DNA from: an uncultured Lachnospiraceae bacterium
Lineage (GTDB): Bacteria; Bacillota; Clostridia; Lachnospirales; CAG-274
Assembly: GCA_964388305.1 (NCBI GenBank)
Contig: CAYMAA010000001.1
Coordinates: forward strand, 884 to 64,883
Length of the DNA: 64,000 nt
Reading direction: 5' to 3'
Every line of letters begins with the position of its first letter. Position 1 is the stretch's first letter. The notes under the pieces were generated by a model. The model made no database searches, was not told the origin of the DNA, and saw only the letters and a program-made list of their open reading frames with translations. This document shows, in pieces, positions 29,698 through 38,162 of this stretch. The position numbers and the translations under genes are program-made.

Positions 29698-30816
29698 ATG
29701 AGAAAAATATTCGCTGTATTTTTTGCCGCCGCTTTAATAATTTTAGGCACAGGCAGTGTTTTTGCCGCAACAGGTAAACGTATTGACGCTTCTGTTGCAT
29801 CGGGAGAAGAAAAAACCGCATTTTACGGCTATGATGTTGAGGGTTATAAATGCTTTAATATAAGGGATTTGGCAAAGGCTCTTAACGGTACGGAATGTCA
29901 ATTTAATATAGATTGGAACGGAGCAGGCTTTTGTGCGGAAATAAAGAGGGGCGAGGCTTATACTCAGGCAGATGCGGATAATCCGCTGACAGTGTACAAA
30001 ATTTATCCGTCATATTCAACGGAAAAGCTTAAATTTATTGTTGATGATGAAGAAATAATTACAGACGGCTTTTGTATAGGCGAAAAGCATTATATTACCA
30101 TAAGAGATGCGGCGGTGCTTATCGGTGTTGATGCGCAGTGGCAGTCCGAAAGAAAGGTTATTTGTATGAAAAAGGACGGAATTGTGCAGGCGGAAATTTA
30201 TGCAGGTGTTACGGATCTTATAAACAGCAGTGTTATTGCTCTTACATTTGATGACGGGCCTCAGCCGGGCAGTACGGAAAGAATACTTGCCGCTTTGGAC
30301 AAGGTTGGAGGTCACGCAACATTTTTTGTTGTGGGCAGCAGAGTTAAGGAGTACCCCGAAACCGTTAAAAGCATAGCGCTTCAGCATAGTCAAATAGGCT
30401 GTCACAGCTATAATCATACAAGACTTACGGAGCTTGGCGCCTATGCTGTTCAAAAGGAGGTTTACGACACATCAAATCAGGTGTACAGCGCTGCGGGAGT
30501 ATATACATATATCGGCAGACCTCCTTACGGGGAAATAAACAATACGGTGAAAAATGCCGTTACTATCAAATGGTTTAACTGGGGCACAGATACTCTCGAC
30601 TGGAAGTACAGGGACAGTGATTATGTATACAACTATGTTATGAAATATGTACATAACGGCGCAACCATTCTAATGCACGATTTGCACGTTACAACCGCCG
30701 CCGCCATGGAAAGGGCAATACCTGCTCTGGCGGCAAAGGGTTTTAAGTTTGTTACCATAGATGAAATGGCTGAGCTTAAAGGCGGATATGACAAGGTTGA
30801 GGGTTACTTGGGATGA
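29698..30816 (+). CDS. secreted polysaccharide deacetylase with an N-terminal copper-amine-oxidase-like (stalk) domain
   Basis: Signal peptide MRKIFAVFFAAALIILGTGSVFA. NodB motifs LTFDDGP and HSYNH. The ATG at 29698 lies after GGGGGA. Confidence 0.8.
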   Translation: MRKIFAVFFAAALIILGTGSVFAATGKRIDASVASGEEKTAFYGYDVEGYKCFNIRDLAKALNGTECQFNIDWNGAGFCAEIKRGEAYTQADADNPLTVYKIYPSYSTEKLKFIVDDEEIITDGFCIGEKHYITIRDAAVLIGVDAQWQSERKVICMKKDGIVQAEIYAGVTDLINSSVIALTFDDGPQPGSTERILAALDKVGGHATFFVVGSRVKEYPETVKSIALQHSQIGCHSYNHTRLTELGAYAVQKEVYDTSNQVYSAAGVYTYIGRPPYGEINNTVKNAVTIKWFNWGTDTLDWKYRDSDYVYNYVMKYVHNGATILMHDLHVTTAAAMERAIPALAAKGFKFVTIDEMAELKGGYDKVEGYLG

Positions 30817-30858
30817 ATTGCCAAACAAGCTGTGTTATAACGAAATACTGAGGATTGC

Positions 30859-30903
30859 GGCGGGGCGGTCAATGGCGTTGAAAGCGCCATTGGTCGCCCC
30901 GCC
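30859..30903. repeat. long GC-rich hairpin 1
   Basis: 19-bp stem GGCGGGGCGGTCAATGGCG / CGCCATTGGTCGCCCCGCC, with two G-T wobble positions and a 7-nt loop. Confidence 0.8.
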
Positions 30904-30924
30904 CTCACTTTCCTCCCCTCGGGT

Positions 30925-30972
30925 CAATGTTTAGCGGGAGCTGTCACTTGTGACAGCTCCCGCTAAACATTG
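30925..30972. repeat. long perfect palindrome (hairpin 2)
   Basis: CAATGTTTAGCGGGAGCTGTCAC tt GTGACAGCTCCCGCTAAACATTG. This is a 23-bp perfect inverted repeat with no following T-run. Confidence 0.85.
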
Positions 30973-31103
30973 AGCAGCCTTATTATTATAAATTTTACAC
31001 CGATTTTACAAAAATTTTACATTGTAATGGCTGTTTGGGTGTTTTTTAATTATAATAAAAGCTGTATAATTACATTATGCTACTGCTTAGGGAGGGAGAT
31101 TTA

Positions 31104-31796
31104 ATGAAGAAGAAAATATATGTAATTGAAGATGATGAAAATATAAGAAGCCTTATAAAAATTGCGCTAACAGGCAGCGGATATGACGTTAAGGATTTTG
31201 AAACGGCTGAAGAAGCCATTGTTAATGCGGAGGAGGATATGCCAAGCCTTATGCTTTTTGACATAATGCTGCCGGGTATAAGCGGCACGGAGGCTGTTGC
31301 AAGGCTTAAAGCAAATAATAAGCTAAAAAGGACTTCCGTAATTATGCTTACAGCAAAGGACAGTGAGCTTGATAAAATAAAGGGTTTGGATAACGGCGCT
31401 GATGACTACATTACAAAGCCTTTCAGTATAATGGAGCTTATGGCAAGAATAAGAGCTGTTTTACGCAGGGCAGAATATAGTGAAAATGACGAAAGCAAAA
31501 AGGAAATTGTTGGGGGCATTATAGCTATAAATACCGATGCAAGGACTGTTTATGTTGAGAATAAGCAGGTTATTTTAACATTTAAGGAATATGAGCTGTT
31601 AAAATTTTTTATGAAAAACAAAAACAGAGTAATAACAAGAGATGAGCTTTTAAACAAGGTTTGGGGTTATGAATATATTGGCGAAACAAGAACGGTGGAT
31701 ATACACATAATGTCGCTTAGGCAAAAGCTGGGCAAGGCGGCGTCATATATTAAAACAAGCAGAGGTTCAGGGTACATTTTTGAGGTGAGGGAATGA
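31104..31796 (+). CDS. OmpR/PhoB-family response regulator
   Basis: Receiver domain (IYVIEDDENI, DIMLPGISG) and winged-helix C-terminus (RTVDIHIMSLRQKL...RGSGYIF). The ATG at 31104 lies after AGGGAGGGAG. Confidence 0.9.
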   Translation: MKKKIYVIEDDENIRSLIKIALTGSGYDVKDFETAEEAIVNAEEDMPSLMLFDIMLPGISGTEAVARLKANNKLKRTSVIMLTAKDSELDKIKGLDNGADDYITKPFSIMELMARIRAVLRRAEYSENDESKKEIVGGIIAINTDARTVYVENKQVILTFKEYELLKFFMKNKNRVITRDELLNKVWGYEYIGETRTVDIHIMSLRQKLGKAASYIKTSRGSGYIFEVRE

Positions 31797-33526
31797 AAAA
31801 TGCCGTAATTAAGGGGTTTTTAAAAACAATAATAATTTGCCTTGCGGTGTGCAGTCTGCTTTTTTGCAGATATTTTGGAAAATATACCATGGAAAGAACA
31901 GAAAAGGATATGCTGTACACTCTTGCACTTATGGACTATGGCATTGACTACGAAAAGGATTTACGGGAGCAGGCGGAGGAGATTAATCCCCTCATTCTTT
32001 CGGAAAATACAAGAATTACAATACTTGACAGGCAGGGCAATGTTCTTGCGGACACAAGCAGTGCAATAGACTTTGAGGATAACCATTTGGGCAGGGAGGA
32101 AATACAAAGGGCGGTTGAAAAGGGCATAGGCATAAGCGTAAGATATTCGGGAACGGAAAAAAGAAATATGATGTATGCCGCCTATGCTTCGGCAGACGGA
32201 GAACATATTTTAAGGCTTGCCATGCCTTACAACGGTTTTGCGGATTTTGTTAAAGCAATTATTCCGGCGCTTTTTATAAGCGTTATTATTGCCTTTATAA
32301 CTGCATTTTTTATAGGCAAAAGGCTTGCTGAGGGAATTACAAGACCTCTCAGCGAAATTTCCTCGGAGCTTGATAAAATTCAAAAAGAAGAGGAAATGCC
32401 CAAGTTTAAGGAATACAAATACAGCGAGCTTGAAAACATTGTAAACTCAATAAAAATACTTACAAAAAGAATTGATGCAAATTTGGAAAAGCTTAGGTAT
32501 GAAAAGGTCAAAATTGATTATATTTTAGACAATATGAGAGAGGGCATACTGTTTATTGATGAAAATTGCAATGTAATTACAATAAATAAAACCGCCATGG
32601 AAATTTTGGACTGCAAAAAACGCAAAACCGGCAATATAATTTATTTTACTCACAATATGAACATTATTAACGGCGTTGGGGACATTATTAAAAATGACGA
32701 GGACTGTATGTTTGATTTTTTTGATGAAAAGTCGGGAAAAACATATTTTGTTCATATAACCAAAGTTAAAAAAGGTATTTTGGATAAGTCAATGAGCGGT
32801 GCTATTGTGCTTATGATGGACGTTACCTCGGAAAGAGAGGCGCAAAGGGTGCGTCAGGACTTTTTTTCCGATGCATCTCACGAGCTTAAAACACCAATTA
32901 CTTCCATAGGCGGTTACTGCGAGCTGCTTTTAAGCAATATGGAGTATTCAGATGAACAGAAAAGAGAATTTTTAATGAGAATAAAAAGCTCTGTTGAAAA
33001 TATAACGGGACTTATAAACGATATTCTTATGATTTCACGTTTGGAAACGGGAGCGGAATGTGACAACATTTCTCAAGTTAATGTTAAAGAAATTATTGAA
33101 AATATAATTGACACAACAGAGCCTATGAGAAATGAAAATAATATTGCTGTAAATGCGGAATGTGAGGATTTTGTTATAAATGCGGATTTTAACAAAATAT
33201 ATCAGCTTATAAACAACCTTATAACAAATGCGGTTAAATATAACAATGAAAACGGAAGTGTTTTTATAAAGTCATATATTATTGACGGCTGTTTTTACTT
33301 TAGCATTAAGGATACGGGCATAGGCATACCCCTTAAAGACCAAAGCAGGGTTTTTGAAAGATTTTACAGAGTTGATAAAAGCAGAAGCCGCAAAATGGGC
33401 GGCACGGGGCTTGGGCTTGCCATTGTTAAGCATATTGTTAATTTTTACAACGGCGGCATCAGTCTTAAAAGCAATGCAGGCAAGGGAACATTTATAGAAA
33501 TAAAAATACCCCTGAAGCAGGGGTAA
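31793..33526 (+). CDS. sensor histidine kinase (PhoR-like architecture)
   Basis: Two TM segments, a PAS-like region, HisKA H-box FFSDASHELKTPITSI and a HATPase_c domain (GGTGLGLAIVKHI). There is a 4-nt overlap with the regulator gene. Confidence 0.9.
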   Translation: MKNAVIKGFLKTIIICLAVCSLLFCRYFGKYTMERTEKDMLYTLALMDYGIDYEKDLREQAEEINPLILSENTRITILDRQGNVLADTSSAIDFEDNHLGREEIQRAVEKGIGISVRYSGTEKRNMMYAAYASADGEHILRLAMPYNGFADFVKAIIPALFISVIIAFITAFFIGKRLAEGITRPLSEISSELDKIQKEEEMPKFKEYKYSELENIVNSIKILTKRIDANLEKLRYEKVKIDYILDNMREGILFIDENCNVITINKTAMEILDCKKRKTGNIIYFTHNMNIINGVGDIIKNDEDCMFDFFDEKSGKTYFVHITKVKKGILDKSMSGAIVLMMDVTSEREAQRVRQDFFSDASHELKTPITSIGGYCELLLSNMEYSDEQKREFLMRIKSSVENITGLINDILMISRLETGAECDNISQVNVKEIIENIIDTTEPMRNENNIAVNAECEDFVINADFNKIYQLINNLITNAVKYNNENGSVFIKSYIIDGCFYFSIKDTGIGIPLKDQSRVFERFYRVDKSRSRKMGGTGLGLAIVKHIVNFYNGGISLKSNAGKGTFIEIKIPLKQG

Positions 33527-33532
33527 GGCAGT

Positions 33533-34177
33533 TTAATTAAGCTCCTGCCACAGCTCTACCACTTTAAGCTTTAGCTTAACCTTTGGGGGCGCAGAGGGGG
33601 AGTCACCCAAAATAAGGGAGTAGGAAGAGGGGGAAAGCTTATCTTCAAATTTATGTTCCTTACTCTCTTCGTATGCGGGACTTACATAGCACAAGGGCGG
33701 ATACATTACACACCACCAGTTATGACCTTTGGCTGAGCCTATTTCTATACGCAGGCAGTCGTATGTGCCTGCAGGCAGTGTAACATCACCGTAATGGCGT
33801 ATGGGAAAAGCGCTTTTTGTTACGGCAACGGTAACGGGTAAAGAACAGCCGTTTTCCCGCAAAGTGTTTTGGGCGGTTGCTTTCACTTCTTCCATATTAT
33901 TGTTAAAAAAATCAACCGTAGCCTGTTTTGAGGGAGAAGCTGTAAGTTGGTTTAAATACTTTTCAAGCACTGAGTCCCTTACCTTTAATTTCAGCGACTG
34001 ATCCTCTGATGAGTCGCTGTTTGCAATAACATGAAAGCGGAAAACCTCCGAGGTAAGGCTTTCCATGGCTTTTGCGGAAGCTGCGTGTGTAAATGCGCAT
34101 ATTAAAACGGCAATTATACACCCTGCCCCAATGGAAAGGGGAAGCAGACCCTTTGGTTTTAAAAGTGATTTCAGCAT
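33533..34177 (-). CDS. spoIIR: stage II sporulation protein R
   Basis: Motif FRFHVIANSDSSEDQSLKLKVRDSVLEYL. The ATG at 34177 lies after AAAGGAGAA. Confidence 0.85.
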   Translation of the reverse strand: MLKSLLKPKGLLPLSIGAGCIIAVLICAFTHAASAKAMESLTSEVFRFHVIANSDSSEDQSLKLKVRDSVLEKYLNQLTASPSKQATVDFFNNNMEEVKATAQNTLRENGCSLPVTVAVTKSAFPIRHYGDVTLPAGTYDCLRIEIGSAKGHNWWCVMYPPLCYVSPAYEESKEHKFEDKLSPSSYSLILGDSPSAPPKVKLKLKVVELWQELN

Positions 34178-34208
34178 ATTGATTTCTCCTTTGTGAAAGT
34201 ATTTTGTT

Positions 34209-35246
34209 TTATACAAAGTTTAATGAAAAGTTTATGTTAGATGAAATGCTTTTGGGGTTTACTGTTTTATATTTATTGTACAGCTCGGGCCGCTTGCTTT
34301 TAAGCTCCGTTGTTATGTCCGAGGGGAGTGTGTTTGTTTGTTCAAGCCGGTTTAATGCCGCATTTATTTGGGTTTGTATTTTTTCCTTAAACAAATTAAG
34401 GCAGTTCGCTCCCTTGGCGGAAACCTGTTCCGTGGTATAGTTCCACATATTTGCAGATGCGGTAATGTTTATATTCAGTTTAAGACTGTTGTTTTCTTCA
34501 TAAAATTCATATTCCGTTGTTTTTTCCATTACCTCCGCAAATATCTCGGGGTTTACCGTAAGTGTGCCGTTAAAAGCGGTTTTGTTTATCCACATATACC
34601 CATACGCCTCATCCTCGTTAAGGCTTCCCTCATATATATTGTTTTTAACCACCGCCATACCGTTAAAGGCAGGCTGTTCATTTTTTATTGTTATTAAAGG
34701 AATGAGCGAGGGGGAGTTTTCCGCATTATCCTTTAAAAGAGTAAGCAGGCTTTCTTTATTAACATAAGTTTTGTTGTTTTTGGAGCTTTGGTAAAAGCCG
34801 AAAATATAAAACCCCGTTGTTAAATCTTCGGCAGGCTCTGCTTCCATAAGCTCTTTTACGTTATCCGATGCGGCAATATATATATTTTTATCTATCTGCG
34901 CATTATGAGAAAGATAGCTTGTAAGCTCGGAAAAAGCCTGAGGGGATTTTAATAAATCCGTAGATACTATTGCCGCCTTTGTTTGACCAAAGTATATTGT
35001 TTTTGAAGATGAAAAATCCATTGCGGAAACTGCCTCGGACAGAGTATTGCCCGAAGAGGTTTTTATTATACGGGAGGGGGCGTCATCTTTTTCGTTTTTG
35101 GGAAAAGATATATACAGAGTATAGCCGTCCGTTGGAGAGTAGTCTGCCGCCATGGCTGTGGCAAAGGAGCGGCTTTCCAAATCCGTATCATCATAGCAGG
35201 CAGTTAAAAGCATTAAAACGGTAAGCAAAAAGACAGTTTTTTTAAT
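34209..35246 (-). CDS. spore germination receptor C subunit (Ger(x)C lipoprotein)
   Basis: The lipobox LLTAC and the C-subunit position in the A-B-C operon fit. The ORF track starts at the TTG at 35228. I extend it to the in-frame ATT at 35246, 6 nt after GGAGG, which gives (M)KKTVFLLTVLMLLTAC. The start is uncertain. Confidence 0.7.
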   Translation of the reverse strand: MKKTVFLLTVLMLLTACYDDTDLESRSFATAMAADYSPTDGYTLYISFPKNEKDDAPSRIIKTSSGNTLSEAVSAMDFSSSKTIYFGQTKAAIVSTDLLKSPQAFSELTSYLSHNAQIDKNIYIAASDNVKELMEAEPAEDLTTGFYIFGFYQSSKNNKTYVNKESLLTLLKDNAENSPSLIPLITIKNEQPAFNGMAVVKNNIYEGSLNEDEAYGYMWINKTAFNGTLTVNPEIFAEVMEKTTEYEFYEENNSLKLNINITASANMWNYTTEQVSAKGANCLNLFKEKIQTQINAALNRLEQTNTLPSDITTELKSKRPELYNKYKTVNPKSISSNINFSLNFV

Positions 35247-35247
35247 A

Positions 35248-36333
35248 TTAATCCTCCTCCTTTTTCAAACGTACAACAATATTTAAAATCAATGGCAGTA
35301 CAAAAAAGAAAGCTGAGCCGAATATATAGTTAAAAAACGTATTGAATATTTTAAATTGATTTTGTGCGGCAGGTATAAGGCTTAAACCAAAGCCTGCAGC
35401 GGCAGCGGCAGGGGCAAACCGCTTAGATGAACGGTTAAAAACGCAATTTAACAGCTCTGCGGAATAAAATATACATCCCCCTGAAAATATTACAACGGAA
35501 AGGCAGAGTATGCTTAACATAAGCGCCGCCATTGCCTCTGAGCCTGCGTTATAGGCAAGCGCCGTTACGGCAGGAAAATTTATTGACCTTGAAAGACTGC
35601 CGCCAAGAACGGTTATTGTTACGGCATTTACGGCGGCTGCCGCAAGGAGGGATATTATAAATGCGCCCATTGCGTGGCTGCGTATTTCGTAAGGCTTTTT
35701 TAAAAATGCAAACGCAGGCATAAGCAGCTCTATACCCGTAAAGCAAAAGCAGTTGGACAAAGCGCTGTTAATGTATATGCCCTTTGAAAATGAAATATGC
35801 GGCAGTGCGGCTGAACCGAAGAGCGCTATAAGAGCCGTGCCGTAGGCTAATGCAAAGGGTATGAGTACAATAAATATAAGAATTTCTCCCAAGCGTGCCC
35901 TTGCCTCCTGCCCTGCGGCGGCGCAATACAGGCATGGAAGAATTATAACGACACTTATTACCCAAATGGGAGTATGGGGCAGCAGCCATTCTTTTGCGGC
36001 ATGAGAAAATATGCGTATATCCGATGAAAGAGATACAATAAGCTTTATCGAAAACAAAACCGTTATTATTTTTGCGGTAATTTTTCCAAACAGCTTTGTT
36101 AAGCCGCCGTAAAATCCTTCTTCACCTAAAAAACCGCTTACTCCCGTTATTAAAAATATGCTTAACAGTGCAAGTATGCCTCCCGTTATGGGAGAAAATA
36201 CGCCCATATTGTTTGGCAGATATGCGTTTAGGGCAGGCATTGCGGTAATAATTACCCCAAAGGTATTCAGTATCAGCAAAACCTGAAGCTGTCTTGTGGA
36301 AATTTTATTGTTATTGGAATACATTTTATTCAC
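35248..36333 (-). CDS. spore germination receptor B subunit (spore permease family)
   Basis: 361 aa, polytopic, with N-terminus ISTRQLQVLLILNT typical of GerAB-type proteins. There is an 8-nt overlap with the A subunit gene. Confidence 0.8.
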   Translation of the reverse strand: MNKMYSNNNKISTRQLQVLLILNTFGVIITAMPALNAYLPNNMGVFSPITGGILALLSIFLITGVSGFLGEEGFYGGLTKLFGKITAKIITVLFSIKLIVSLSSDIRIFSHAAKEWLLPHTPIWVISVVIILPCLYCAAAGQEARARLGEILIFIVLIPFALAYGTALIALFGSAALPHISFSKGIYINSALSNCFCFTGIELLMPAFAFLKKPYEIRSHAMGAFIISLLAAAAVNAVTITVLGGSLSRSINFPAVTALAYNAGSEAMAALMLSILCLSVVIFSGGCIFYSAELLNCVFNRSSKRFAPAAAAAGFGLSLIPAAQNQFKIFNTFFNYIFGSAFFFVLPLILNIVVRLKKEED

Positions 36334-37825
36334 TCTTCATTCTGATTTTTTGTTTGTTGTTTGCAAAAACGGGACGCTTTTTCATATATTTCAGGGGCAG
36401 TCTGAAAAAGGTATCTCTTATGCCCTCGTCACCGTCTATATCTCCGCCTGCAAAGGGATAAAGGTAGGGTATGCCGAAGCTTTTGAGCTTTGCAAGATGA
36501 ATGAGTATAAAAAGCATTCCTGCCCAAAACCCCGCAAGACCGAAAAAAGCCGAGGTTAGCATAAGAAAATATTTGCATAGCCTGTAAGCTGTGCTTAAAG
36601 CTATTTGGGGTATGGCAAAGGAGCATATACCCGTAAGAGAAACTATTATTACAACAATGGGACTTACAAGTCCTGCATCAACTGCCGCCTGACCTATTAT
36701 TATACCCCCTACAATGCCTAATGTAGAGCCTATTGCCTGAGGCATTCGCACACCTGCTTCTCTTAGGGTATCAAAGGCAAGCTCCATTAAAAATATTTCA
36801 AGTATTCCGGATGTTGGCACACCATCTCTTGCGGCGGACATTTTCATAAGCAGGGGTGCAGGCAGCATGGAGGGGTTATACATGGAAAAGCAAATATACA
36901 GCGCCGGCAAAGCAAGAGCAAGGAGTGACGCACCGTAGCGAATGAGCCGCACAAGGCCGGCGCTCAGCCAATTTTGGTAGTAGTCCTCGCTTGCCTGATA
37001 GAAGCAGGGAAGAACGGCAGGCAGTATTATTACAAAGGGTGTTGTATCCACAACTATAACAATTCTGCCCTCCAAAATTTCCCCTGCGGCTTTATCGGGC
37101 CGCTCGGTAAGCTGAAGCGTGGGAAAAGGACTTGATGTTTGGCAGGATATAAGCTGGGCAAGGGTACCGCTGTCCGAAATGGCGTCTATATTTATTTTTG
37201 CTATTCGTTCTTCGGTTTGTTTTAAAATTTCCGGACGAACAACATCTTCCAAATACACTATTGCCAAATCCGTTTTGCTCCGTGTGCCGCATTGGAGCTG
37301 CTTTATTTTCAAATTGGTATCTCTTATGCGGCGGCGGATAAGGGCGGTGTTATCTCTGAAGTTTTCGCAAAACGCCTCCTTGGGCCCCTCTATATTGCCC
37401 TCGGAGTCGGGCTTATCTATGCCTCTTTTGGGATAGCTTTTTGAGGATATTATTATTGCCTTTGAAAAGCCGTCAATTAACAGTATTGTTTCCCCTGCCA
37501 TGGCGGCGGTGGCTGCTTTGTCAATATCCTCCTGAAAGGAAATATCCGCTGTTGTTATGCCGCTTGTTATAAGCGCCTTTGGCAGTGAGTTTTCCACATC
37601 CGTTAAAGCAACCTTTTTTATTTCTATCATAAGGGTGGTTAATATGCGGTTTTCTATCATATCCCTGTCGGTCATTCCGTCAAAGTAAAGCACATATATG
37701 CTTGTGGAGGGCAGGGTGATGTGTCTGGCAACAAGGTCGCCGCAGTTTTCAAACATTTCAGTCAGTTTTTTTATGTTTTGGTTAATATCGGGAGAAATGG
37801 AAGTCACCTTCTTTCCGGAAAACAC
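36326..37825 (-). CDS. spore germination receptor A subunit (GerA family)
   Basis: 499 aa with the GerA-family core (PTLQLTERPDKAAGEILEGRIVIVVDTTP) and C-terminal TM helices. The start is a GTG with no obvious SD, and it lies inside a repeat copy. Confidence 0.8.
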   Translation of the reverse strand: MFSGKKVTSISPDINQNIKKLTEMFENCGDLVARHITLPSTSIYVLYFDGMTDRDMIENRILTTLMIEIKKVALTDVENSLPKALITSGITTADISFQEDIDKAATAAMAGETILLIDGFSKAIIISSKSYPKRGIDKPDSEGNIEGPKEAFCENFRDNTALIRRRIRDTNLKIKQLQCGTRSKTDLAIVYLEDVVRPEILKQTEERIAKINIDAISDSGTLAQLISCQTSSPFPTLQLTERPDKAAGEILEGRIVIVVDTTPFVIILPAVLPCFYQASEDYYQNWLSAGLVRLIRYGASLLALALPALYICFSMYNPSMLPAPLLMKMSAARDGVPTSGILEIFLMELAFDTLREAGVRMPQAIGSTLGIVGGIIIGQAAVDAGLVSPIVVIIVSLTGICSFAIPQIALSTAYRLCKYFLMLTSAFFGLAGFWAGMLFILIHLAKLKSFGIPYLYPFAGGDIDGDEGIRDTFFRLPLKYMKKRPVFANNKQKIRMKSE

Positions 37826-37990
37826 TGATTAAAATGCAGCTAAAAATAAATTTGTAAATAGTATCGGAAAGAAGTCCGAACGCCGTAGGCGGATTTTGCG
37901 GAGCAAAATTACTGAAATATTCTTAACGCTTCACACTGTTAATATGCTTGAATTTTTTGCCGACTCCCGTCTAAATTTATTTTTACCCTT

Positions 37991-38098
37991 GAATTATTCA
38001 GTGTTTCCTTGTTTATTTTTAGTATTGTATATTTTTAATTTTTTTATACTTGAAATGTAGGTTCAAGGTGGTATAATTAAGGAAACACTGATTAATTC
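37991..38098. repeat. 20-bp inverted repeats flanking a 68-bp promoter-containing segment
   Basis: Left arm GAATTATTCAGTGTTTCCTT (37991-38010). Right arm AAGGAAACACTGATTAATTC (38079-38098). There is 1 mismatch in 20. The spacer contains TTGAAA (38050-38055), a 16-nt gap and TGgTATAAT (38069-38077). Confidence 0.85.
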
Positions 38099-38162
38099 GC
38101 CGAAGCAAATTTAGCGGCGGCTCCTTAATATATGTGTATTAAGACGGAGGGAGGAACGGAAA

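Noticed and set aside
38071-38086. The 16-nt exact match GTATAATTAAGGAAAC, shared with 58802-58817, considered as evidence of a mobile element on its own.
   Set aside because: A single 16-mer match between two AT-rich sites is about what chance allows in a 64-kb window read on both strands. I kept it only as supporting context for the repeat family.
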